From contig NMRA01000161.1 in the NCBI GenBank assembly GCA_002633005.1, positions 621,990-685,989 on the forward strand: a stretch of 64,000 nt of DNA, in the 5' to 3' direction. A program made the translations under genes and the position numbers. The notes beneath the pieces were generated by a model that was not told the origin of the DNA, made no database searches, and saw only the letters and a list, made by a program, of their open reading frames with translations. Source of the stretch: Phoronis australis (taxonomy: Eukaryota > Animalia > Phoronida). Below are positions 49,301 to 61,300 of the stretch, piece after piece (positions within the stretch are counted from its first letter, which is position 1; each line of letters begins with the position of its first letter).

Positions 49301-52300
49301 CTATCAAAAAAGATTTTAGGATTTTCATGAAAAAATGCATGAAGTGAAATGAAATTATCATTTAAAATCTGTAATGGTTTTTTAGTTCTTATTTTGAACA
49401 TTGATATCAAATGAAATTTGGTCATGTTACTGATACCGTTGTTTTGCTTTCAATGTGTTTTTCTTTTTTGTTACATTTTACTAAAAATACATGTTCACGT
49501 GACCCAATTGAAGGCAGATTGGTAAAAAGTAAAAATTCAAATTCTACAGGCTTGCTAGTTTCAGAAAATATGTACTTTTACTAAATTAAAATCTATTTTG
49601 TTTATTGGCTTAATACACCGACTTGTGGATAAGGTTCTACATTAATGTAAGGGTTGTTGGAGATAAGGTTCTACATTAATGTAAGGGTTGTTGGAGATAA
49701 GGTTCTACATTAATGTAAGGGTTGTTGGAGATAAGGTTCTACATTAATGTAAGGGTTGTTGGAGATAAGGTTCTACATTAATGTAAGGGTTGTTGGAGAT
49801 AAGGTTCTACATTAATGTAAGGGTTGTTGGAGATAAGGTTCTACATTAATGTAAGGGTTGTTGGAGATAAGGTTCTACATTAATGTAAGGGTTGTTGGAG
49901 ATAAGGTTCTACATTAATGTAAGGGTTGTTGGAGATAAGGTTCTACATTAATGTAAGGGTTGTTGGAGATAAGGTTCTACATTAATGTAAGGGTTGTTGG
50001 AGATAAGGTTCTACATTAATGTAAGGGTTGTTGGAAATAAGTCTTTTATGGTTGAGTAAGCCAGTTATAATTTGCGTTTAATGGCATCCCTTTATTTTTG
50101 TAGAAAATAAATCTGAAACTAAATAAGGCGATCCAGGTCCTCCCAAGGATACTATTGTTTCACGAAATGAAGAATATAAATAGGTAAATAAAACAACAAG
50201 AATGGATCAACTGAAATTTTCGGATATAATAATGTCCTTCGTCAACAGAAATAAAGTAAAATCAAACACTAAATGTCAATTGTCATATAGTGTTTGATTT
50301 TACTTTATTTCTGTTTATGTTGACGAAGGACGTTACTATATCTGAAAAATTTCACACTTGATCCATTCTTGTTGTTTTATTTACCAATTTATTTTTGTGT
50401 CATTGTCACTTCATAGTTCACTGCCTCTCTCTTTCTCTCTATCTGTTTTAGTATTGACCGCTGCTGATTGAGTGGTTGCAGCATTTTTTTTTATCGTGTG
50501 TCGCGCTGGTTTCCATTAAATTTACCTTTATAAACTGAAAATTTCCAGGTCTCTGGTCAAGTTGAAGTCCACAAGCAAGACTGACGCAACTAACCCAAAT
50601 AAACGGAAAGTGAACGAAGACGGTAAATTAAGCAACCTTGCGCAGTCGGTACACGACTCTAAAAGTGTGGGATTATTTAACTCTGAACAACCCACGCTTA
50701 AAGTTGCCATTAGGAAAGGAACTTTCTCCAATTCAAACACTGAATTTGATCCAGTAAAGAGGGACTCGCCACAAGAGACTGCTAAAGTGCCAGATTTCCG
50801 CGAGTGTTTACCAACGGTGCCTAAGATCCATCAGTTGATTGATCTGTCTTGCAGTTCTAGTTCGTCAAGCTCTTTGACCAAACAAGCAAGTCAAGAGCCT
50901 AGTGCAAAGTTAGTGGTGAACACAGGCTCTCTGCTCTCACTCAGTGAAAGCTCGGTCCCGCTGAAGAAACGGAAGAAGCACACCTGCACACAGGTTGCTG
51001 ACGCCCCACAGCGAGCACTGAGATCGAATTCTAGCGCAGCACTCTTGCCTGGTTTACCATACTACGGACCTCGCAGGACACGAAATTCCTCCAATATAAA
51101 AGTGTTTAATTCAGTTAGTTGTAGTTCTGAAACTACAACAGCGGTTGCGGTGTCTTCGTCTTCGTTGTCGCTTGCATCATCTTCAATAGACAACACCCAG
51201 TCTTCATTCTCATCATCCTCAGTTCGAAAACGACAGCCGTCGAAAGGATCTGAGCCTAGCACTGGTTCTTCAAGTCCACCCAAAGTCCCAGCTAGACCGA
51301 CGCGATCTAGGTCGAAGAGTGGTGAATGCAAGACGCAGTCGGGTGATCGACTGTCCCCACCGACCCGAACCTTGCCTCACCCGCCAAAGCCGTCGAGCTT
51401 AAGGCGGAGTGAACGTAGTAGAAAGACGGGGTCTTGTGCAAGCAGTAGGTGAGTGGAGTGGTGTGTCTATTGTTGGGCATGTCATGATGACGTGCAGAGT
51501 CCTGTCGATCACCCAGCGTAAGTCCACACTGTGGCTTGGGGAATTTTGCAGGCAGACTTTGGAGGTACTACATTTTCCTGAAAATTCCTGAAATGATCCT
51601 CTGACTGGGTTTTGGTTGTGTTTATATATGAATTCCAGTTGTAGCTTGTGACCACTCTTGATAAACAGTAACTTTCTGAATTGTGTTTCTTTTGCGTCAT
51701 GTCATAACTCGTGCTTTTATTGTCTTGACACCATCATAGCTTTTCATATGTTGTCATCCGGTATTTCCTATCAATTGCTGACAACCCTGTATTTGTCGCC
51801 TGTAGCAGTAGGCGTTCCACGTCATCTAAGCGCAACACTCTGGGTCAACAGCAGAGTGCGGGAGGGAGCGCCGGTGCAGGGACGTCCCAGCCCACCATGT
51901 CGGCGGGGCAGGATGGTCAGCCCCAGGCATCCGGGGGCGCAGACGAGCAGGCACCCCAAGGTGAGCTCATAGTTCAAAGCATTGGCTAGAGATTAAAATA
52001 AAGATGGAGGATGATAAACTAAGTACGGAAACAATCACTGAACTCCACTTGACCCTTAGTGCATTCATGTGAAATTAGGATTGCCTGTCATCAGATTAAA
52101 AAAGTCCTAGAGATGACGCTGTAGATTGCTTCACATTTTTCATTTTGCATTAATGGGACACGCTTTTAAACTCAACGTTAAGTCTTAACCCAGACTTACT
52201 TTCTGGCCTACATGCATTTGAATATTTTTTCTGATCCTTATGGTAGGCATGTTGTTTTATGCATATGATGCTCATGGGCTGTAAAGTAATAGTACATTAA

Positions 52301-55300
52301 TGTAAGCCATTCACCATGTGACTGAAAGTCCACTTTTTGGACTGTGTTCACAGTTTGTAAAGCATTTGGAATGATTGTTTTGAAAAGGTGTTTTTGAATG
52401 TTGTGTTGAAGCCTTTATCAAAGGCAGTTTTCAGTGATTAAGCCTCTGAGTTTGTCTTTTTCAAATATTGTTTATTTTTGTCCATACGCTTGAGTTGCGA
52501 ATGTTTGAATTTGCTGACTGGTGTTGGATTTCTGTCTGAATTTTACAAAATTTTGCAAGCCAAAACCAAAAGTCTATTGAGCAGAAGTCAGCACCTGAAG
52601 ATCAACAAAAACTTTTCCTTGTATGTTTCAGTTGACTTGAAATAGTTTATTAACTTATAAATTTTTTGTACTTGCTTTTACAAGCTGGTAACAGGTCTAG
52701 TTTCAAGCAAGTCTCATAAAACGTCAAACTGTTTTCAGTATTCTTAAGTTTCTGCAATAACTTCTAGTATTGCTGCGTTTTTATGTATGAATAAGGATGA
52801 ATACATACACATTGACTATTAATATAAATGTAAATGGCTAAATGTATACAACACTCATTGCATAAATGTGGGTATCTTGCTGCTGTCATATTAGTATTCG
52901 GTTCTTTTGTCTGCCTGCAGAAAGATAGATCCGCTTGCTGTAATCGTTCTTTCAATGTTGTATTTTCAGCATCAGGGTCTGCCGGAGCCATGGCAACGTC
53001 CGAAAGTGAATCGGAAGAAGCAGATATGGGAAGATTGCAAGGTAATGTCAGTTGGGGAATGTAGCTGTTAGTGGGGAGATAAAGTTAAGTTAGTTGGGAG
53101 ATATGGTTGTTAGTAGGGAGAGAAAGTTGTTAGTGCGGATGTATAGTTATTTATAGGGGATTATAGTTGTCAGTAGGGGTAATAGTTGTTAGTGGGAATG
53201 TATAGTCATTTGTAGGGGATTATAGTTGTTAGTAGGGGTAATAGTTGTTAGTAGCAGGATATAGTTGTTTGTAGGGAGAGAAAGTTGTTAGTGCGGATGT
53301 ATAGTTATTTATAGGGGATTATAGTTGTTAGTAGGGGTATTAGTTGTTAGTAGCAGGATATAGTTGTTTGTAGGGAGATACGGTTGTTAGTAGGGGGAAA
53401 TAGTTGTTAGTAGAGGGGTATAGTTGTTGGTAGGAGGGTATATTTGTTAGTAGGGGGTATATTTGTTAGTTAGGGGTTATAGTTGTTAGTAGGGAGATAT
53501 ACTTGTTAGTAGGGAGATATACTTGTTAGTAGGAGGATATAATTGTTATTGGAGAGATGTAGTTTTTAGTAGAGGGTTATAGCTGTTAGTAGGGGGATAT
53601 AGTTGTTAGTAAAGAGACAGTGGTTGTTAGTAGAGGGATATAATGGATTCAATTAATTTGTTCCTTACTCGGATGAAGTGTGATTTTTGGTCTTCCAAAG
53701 AGCTTACACATTGTTATTTCTCAAGACCATTTGAGCTGTGGCAAGTCAAGAGTAGAGTCTGGTCTCAAGCCCAGAATTAAGTATTTTGACTAAGGAACAA
53801 TTTGAGTCTAATTTCATAACTGTAAGTTATCTAAGTCATAAGGTCCTTTTTGTGGCAGAAGGCAGGTTTATAACAGCTTCAAATAAATGTACTTTGTAGT
53901 GACCATTTATGGTAGGTCATAGATGATTTAAACTTAAAATTAATTTTTTGCCAGTGAAAGTAATGTGAATACGTACCGTCTATTTTACAGCTCTGTTGGA
54001 AGCACGTGGCCTGCCACCCCATCTGTTGAGTGCCCTGGGACCGAGGATGCAACATCTTCTGCACCGGTCGATGAGCTCAGGTACAAGTAAGTAGTAGGAT
54101 CTTTGTGCATTCCTGTGTTATGCACTTTGTGTGTCAAAGATCATTAGGTCACAGGTGCTAAAAGGTCAACTTCTCGTAATGCAATTGAAAGAAATGATAT
54201 AGTTAGTGATGCAGCATGTGGCAATGCTACAAATTGTCAGAATTTCAATTTTGGAGTCAATGTTTCTTGGGGTCAAGTCATGAATTTTGTTATCTGAATC
54301 TCTGGTTGCTGTTTTTGATTATGAGAAGCTATTGTTGCCTTGTTGTTTTCAGCTTCCAAAGTCCAACAGCTACTCCAGGGTCTACAGTCGGCTGGTGACG
54401 AAGGACAACAGTTGACAGCCTGTATTGAAATGTGCCAGGTAACCGCCCGTTTGTTTCAGACACATTACCTTAGTACCTGGAACACCAGCTGTCAACTTGA
54501 GCAAGCATTGGATTGGATAGATGAAAAGAAAGCTAACGCTTTTGTAGAGTAACAATCCCATGAAGTCAAAATTTTCAAAAACCAGAGTAAACCAAGTTTG
54601 CTGCTGAAAATCTAGCTACAGAAACAGTCTGGGATCTTCAATTCATTCAGGATTTAGTTGTGTACAAATTGACCATGTAAAGGTAGGTGTAATAGTGAGA
54701 TGATATGAAAATAGCTAGAATTCACTAAGCAATATTAGTGTCTGCATAGGACACTTCCTACATTAAGTGGTGAATTCAGTCTGCATTGAAAGGGGCTATT
54801 GAGCAGTGAGGTAAATTAAGGCAATTTTATTCTGTATTGACTAGCTATTGGTGATGGGTAATGAGGATACCCTGGCAGGGTTTCCCGTCAAGCAGGTGGT
54901 CCCTGCCTTAACCACCCTCCTGCAGATGGAGCACAACTTTGACATGATGAACCATGCCTGTCGCGCTCTCACATACATGATGGAGGCTTTGCCCCGCTCG
55001 TCTGCCGTCATCGTCGACACTATCCCTGTATTTCTAGAGAAGGTAAGTGAAGCAATATTCAGTTTTAATAAGTAAACACCATCACAGACTAATTAACTAC
55101 CACATTTAAAACTCAAGAGTCTTTTATGCTGGAATAAATTGATTGTTTAGCATGGTGTCAAAACATATTTCTTTAACATCCATTTCAGCTTCAAGTTATC
55201 CAATGTATGGACGTAGCAGAACAGTCACTGACAGCTCTAGAGATGTTGTCACGGAGACACAGCAAGGCCATTCTACAGGCTGTAAGTTATGCTGAATCTA

Positions 55301-58300
55301 GAAAGTTTTGTTTAGATGTTAACACGGAGGCACAGTAAGACCATTTTACAGGCTGTAAGTTATACTGCATCTAAAGAGTTGTCATGGAGGCACAGCAAGG
55401 CTATTTTACAGGCTCTAAGTTATACTGCATCTAAAGAGTTGTCATAGAGGCACAGCAAGGCCATTTTACAGGCTGCAAGTTATACTGCATCTAGAGAGTA
55501 TTGTTGTATTTACTTTTGAGTATTCATTATGATGGCGTAACCATAGTGATTTAGTTGATAACGTCATAACTGCAACCTGTTGATTAATGATGCCTTTGTT
55601 GTAGACCCAATAGCATTTGAGAACTTTTAGTCTATAACTGTTATTAAATACAAGTTTTGTTCTGACGATCCAAGTTATTGAATCTTCATGTGGAATGTGA
55701 CATTTACTACGTTGGGCTCTTTTCAAAACTGACATTTTAGTGTGAGTTTTAAACACTTTGTATTTTACATGGACCAACCCTAAGTAATCTTTTTTTTTTC
55801 TTATTATATTCTTCTGATTTGGTATAAGCTTGAATACAAAAAATTACACAGAAGTATCTAATTTTGTGCTTTTTCTGTTGATGGGTGGTCCTTTTCCTTG
55901 CGACTGGCGCTAGGCCAATGCCAGGACACCCATATTCACCATTATTGACACTGACTTACTGGGTCACACATTTGGTTACTTAATCATAGCAATAAGATAA
56001 TCCTACTTTTTCTTCCATCACTACACTGCTCAGGTGTGATGTTTTATTACAATGTTTGTATTTAACATACCAAATAATCCTAAACTTCTCAATTAAGTTA
56101 AAAGAGTTTCGTCTCTAACTTCTTGTCTCTCCACAGGGTGGTATTGCAGCCTGCCTGATGTACCTCGACTTTTTCTCCATCACGGCACAGCGGTGTGCCC
56201 TTGCCATCACGGCCAACTGTTGCCAGAACCTGGCCCCAGATGACTTCCACTATGTACGCGAGTCACTGGCCCTACTGAGCCAGCGGTTGACGCACGCCGA
56301 CAAGAAGTGCGTGGAGAGCTGCTGCATCTGTTTTTGTCGCCTTGTCGACTGTTTCCACAGTGACCAGAAGATACTCAAGGAGCTGGCAGTGCACGGGATG
56401 TTGACCAGTGTCCAGCAACTGGTACGCCTTTGTTGATGCCAAACCGTATAGTACATCGGCTTTTAGTCTTAACTATAAACAGTGCGCAGCAAGCATTTTT
56501 ATATACAGTGACATTAGTAACATTTAGATCTTACATGTTGTCATAGCCTCTAACGGCCATGATGGCGTCTCCATGTATAAAACACTTGGACCAGCACACC
56601 TTGTTATGTGCAAATAGTAAATTCTCTGTGCTTTCCAACCCAGAATTCTTTTTGGCTGAAGTAACGAATTGAGACTAGTTTTGATGGGCATAAGTTGTCA
56701 TCCAAGTTACCAAAGGCAGATTGATTGTGGTTTAAAGTATGGCGTTTGTCGAGTCGCGCTTAATGCATTGTTCCTTGTTGCAGTTGGTGGTGGCGCCCCC
56801 TGTGGTTACAACTGGCACGTTCACCAGCGTGATCAGGATGTTAGTGTTGATGTGTAGCCACTGTCCAGACCTGGCTGTTCTGCTGCTGAAACAAAGTATG
56901 TGACTCGTTATCACATGCCTTCTGCTGTATTTTGGATGATTAAGTGGTGACAAAAGGAGGGAAAGTTTTTCACTTGATCCGCTCTGCGAAATCTTTACTT
57001 AGTATTCTCGGCAATGTCGTGATAGGGTTCAGTCTAGGTTATTAATCTTTGTTGTTGGTAATCGTTTTATATTGGACTTAGTTACCTGACTCAACCTGTG
57101 ACTAATTGAATACATTACAATATGCAACTTATTACTGAGATTTTGCAGTAAATTATTGATATTGCTATTAGCTGTGTTTGTGTGAATTGGGGATCTGTTT
57201 GCACATTATACCTGTGGGAACCTTTCCACCGGCACTTTTAGCATTCACCTTTGATTTCAAGCTCCTTAACCCTAATGTTTATATTTGTTCTTCAGATATT
57301 GCGGAGACCCTGTGTTATTTGTTGGTGGGCTCCTCAGAGCAGGCAGCCATGTCTGTTGAACTAGTACCCAGAAGCCCACAGGAACTCTATGAAATCGTCT
57401 GGCTCATAGGGTAGGCACTATTTATGAACAATTCTGGGCTGAAATCCAGTCTCTATACTCTGCAAGCATTGCCAAGTCACGTCAACACACTACCTGTGGT
57501 CACGTCACGTCACGTGATCTAATGAATATAAGACTGAAAAGATTTCTTACCCAACCGGGACTCGATCCCGGGACCTTTTGCTAACCATGCAGACGCTCTA
57601 GTCCACAGGGCTTGGAATTTTCCGCGGAAACGCGGATTTCCGCTTTTTTGAAATGTGCTTTCCGCTTTTTTTATAATATTTCCGCGTAAAAAAAATCGGA
57701 TTTGATATGAAATTTCCGCTGCAAATTCCTTTCTTACCGCGGCGTTGCAGACGACGTTCACCTCGGAAAGCGGAAGTCTTTATGTTTCGGACGAACGTTA
57801 ATTGTCAACATTGCCGGGGCATCTGGGTAAAGCGTGGTCTGATTTTTAATGGCGGCTCGTGTTGTTATTGTTAAGCGAGGTGACAAATACTACCGCTCTG
57901 CAGCCAAATTTGTGTGGGTTGGGAGTGGACGGGCGAGCGAAAAGGACGCAGACGCATCCTACTGATGGTGGTAACGTTTTTTATTAGTCCTCCCGATTTT
58001 TGTCGCGGAAAGGTTCACATTGACCATTTCAAAGGCTGGTTATCGGGCATGATTTGGGCCGTAAAAGTTTCCGCGTTTTTTGTCATTGGTCATTCCAAGC
58101 CCTGAGTCCACTGATCCATCGGGACCAACGGTCAAGTTCAGAAATCAATCTGAGTTATAGTCATTAGGCAACGTGATGTGACAACAGGTGATGTCCTGAC
58201 CAGACTTAAAAATGTTTGCGATACACACGTCCACGCTGTCTTAAGATCTATATATTACATAATCTCTGTACTTGTTCTCGGTAATAAATAAGGATTTATN

Positions 58301-61300
58301 GTGGGGATCTGTTTGCACATTATACCTGTGGGAACCTTTCCACCGGCACTTTTAGCATTCACCCTTGATTTCAAGCTCCTTAACCCTAATGTTTATATTT
58401 GTTCTTCAGATATTGCGGAGACCCTGTGTTATTTGTTGGTGGGCTCCTCAGAGCAGGCGGCCATGTCTGTTGAACTAGTACCCAGAAGCCCACAGGAACT
58501 CTATGAAATCGTCTGGCTCATAGGGTAGGCGCTATTCATGAACAATTCTGGGAAGAAGTCCAGTCTCTGTACTCTGCAAACATTGCCAAGTCACTTCAAC
58601 ACACTACCTGTGGTCACGTCACGTCACGTGATCTAATGAATATAAGACTGAAAAAATTTCTTACCCAACCGGGACTCGATCCCGGGACCTTTTGCTAACC
58701 ATGCAGACGCTCTAGTCCACTGATCCATCGGGACCACCGGTCAAGTTCAGAAATCAATCAGACTTATAGTCATTAGGCAACGTGATGTGACAACAGGTGA
58801 TGTCCTGACCAGACTTAAAAATGTTTGCGATACACACTTCCATGCTGTCTTAAGATTTATATATTATATACTCTCTGTACTTGTTCTTGGTAATAAATAA
58901 GGATTTATTCACATGTTGAGGACTGTTGGTTTGGTGCATCCGAGTCTGTAATCTAAGTTTGCAATTAATGACCCAGGCGTAGAATCTTCATTTTCAAGTT
59001 TGTAACTAAAAAGCCTTGTGTTTGTTTTGTTTTTATAAGAAGCCTTGATCTTTGCTTTTTTTTAATTTTCTTTCATAATCATTCAAATTTCTAGTTTGTG
59101 GCTTAGTTCAGTGTTTGGTTTCCTTTTCCAGAGAGCTGATGCCGACCCTACCTGTGGATGGTATATTTTCTGTGAACAGCATGCTGGTTAAGGGCATTCC
59201 CATGACAACGGATGGCGTCATCTGGCAGTGGCAAGAGGACAACAACACCTGGCACTCCTACAGTGCCATTGACAGCAGGATTATTGAGGTGAGTGGGACT
59301 GTCTTATCATGGGAGAGGGGTGTGTTCTGTAGGTGCAATAATCTACCCAAATTGCACGAAAATGTGAAACCACTCGCGTGAAGGGGAGTGTGCTTGGGAG
59401 CTCAGTAACGTGCCATGGCAAAATGGCTGCCACTGAGGTGATTGGTCATTGAGGATGGAATGTTGAATTATGGGATAGAATTCATTGTTACTATTCCACA
59501 AGGGATCATTTCCAGCCACAAGTGCAGTGCAAGAACCTTGAATGCAGCATTGATTTATGGCTGTGTGCTATTGACAGGAAGTGACGTCCAAACGATACAG
59601 TGGAGCCCAATTAATGTCATGCCGGCTAATAGGATATCACAATTATTGTCATGAAATGTCAAAGAACGAACCATTTCCCATTAAATTCATGTAACATAAT
59701 CCACATAATGTCATGAGCTATTGTCATGTTCCCTAGATATTATCACTGTCCACAAAATCAGCAAAAATTGATTCTCATCTGCTTATTGACATGTCAGTGT
59801 ATCTTGGCTTTTGTATCTAAAAACCAACCTAATTTATCTTCAATTCATACTTGCCTGATCGCAATTCATTGCCAAATGTAAAAATCAGTCAATTCCTGTA
59901 TGGCTGTCTTTCTCTGAGACTCTCCACTTAGCGTACTCAGCTTATAAGAGTGATTACTATCACTGGCAAGTCAGAACCTGCTTAATGGAATATCCCGCTT
60001 ATTATCATAATTGACGTTGAATTCAAGGGTATGACATTGAGTGGGCTCCACTATACTGACAAAAGGGGCATTTCATGTGCTCAGTTAGTATAACATGATT
60101 AATTCAACATCATGCTGTATATTCTAAAGATTGTATTTTGTCCACACTCTGTGACTTTTCCAATCCGAGTAGGGTATAATACAATAAGGATGCTCTATAA
60201 GTTGTCACAGAAGGTAGCCATCAATGGCCTTACAAAAATTTGTTATTAGAGATAAAAACAAACATTAAACAAAAGTATTCAAAACCTGGTAAATTGAACA
60301 GATACACACAATCAACTGCTTTTTTAGGTGTATTTTATTTGACTCTTAATCAATAAGGTATAATTCTACTGTTTTTGCTGTTGTTTTTAGTCTTGTTATT
60401 AAAATAAATATTTTGTTTTCATGTTCAGGCGGCCAATCAGAGTGGAGAGGATGAGGTGTCCCTGTCCACCATAGGCCGGACGTACTGCATCGACTTCAAC
60501 TCCATGCAACAGATCAACGAAGAGACAGGCACGGCGCGCCGCATCCAGCGCAAGGTGGTTAGCACCATCACACTGGCGACTGTAGGCACCGCTGCCAACA
60601 CCGCGGGTGCTTTGGTGGCAGCGGACACCAAAATTCCTGACTCGCGCGCAGGCATACTTCAAGATGATCAGCATTTGGCCTCGTCCTTCATAAAGACGTT
60701 GTTCACTGTGCTGTATGAAGTGTACAGCTCCTCGGTTAGTGCTGGGGCTGGAAATTATTGACATAATGGTTATTTAACAGATCTTATGTAAAACTCAATG
60801 TTATCTGTCTTCATATGTCGATTGTTTGTGGCTGCGCCATGGGCTGTTTCACAGAAATGTGGAAAAACAGTGTGGAGTTACAGACCAAAAATGAGCCCAG
60901 GGTGTTTTTCTGAAGCATTGTTAAGGCTGCTTGAAATGCACTATGAACAATTCTTACAAGGACTGAAAACATCTTTAAACCTCTTAAGGAACAGCCCAAA
61001 GTACAAATATGTTTTCTATGCAATTTCTTCTGAGTGTTTTATGCATTGGATGGATGCTTGTTCTTCATCTGGCATTAAGTTGGGTTCACTTATGGCCAGA
61101 GCTGTTTTAGAAATGATTCACGTGTTTGTGTAAAATTCTCGGTATGCTTTTTGTGAGTCTGGGCACAGAGTTGTGGGCTTTAGAGTCCAATAAAACGTCC
61201 AAAGTTACTAAAATTAGCAACATTTCTTTAATTAATACATACATTTATGAAATGAGTATAATCACTTAATATATTTCTTGTGTTATAATGCTGAGTCTAG

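Larger units (their letters stand above)
43323..49518. other. About 2.9-kb direct duplication (43323-46191 and 46647-49518) around an 87-N gap (46192-46278); probable uncollapsed haplotypes
   Basis: Collinear copies with scattered SNPs and small indels on either side of a scaffold gap. Confidence 0.8.

Noticed and set aside
49628-50041. CRISPR-like array (34-bp unit with an internal palindrome)
   Set aside because: Units are contiguous and identical, with no unique spacers and no cas genes; the context is a eukaryotic intron.
51062-51331. Acidic antisense ORF (89 aa)
   Set aside because: Mirror frame of the Ser-rich TRIP12 exon.
57606-58104. Dada-type tRNA-targeting transposon (6-bp TSD at the A box of a tRNA-like sequence)
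   Set aside because: The element has clear CAGGG TIRs, and its other copies in the window are not inserted in tRNA-like targets.
58410-58524. Mutually exclusive duplicated TRIP12 exon
   Set aside because: Peptide identical, flanking introns nearly identical, and the junction falls on an N; best explained as a second haplotype.
58663-58735. Functional tRNA gene (GGT anticodon)
   Set aside because: Acceptor stem does not pair, the T-loop reads GATCGA instead of GTTCGA, and it is embedded in a repeat.
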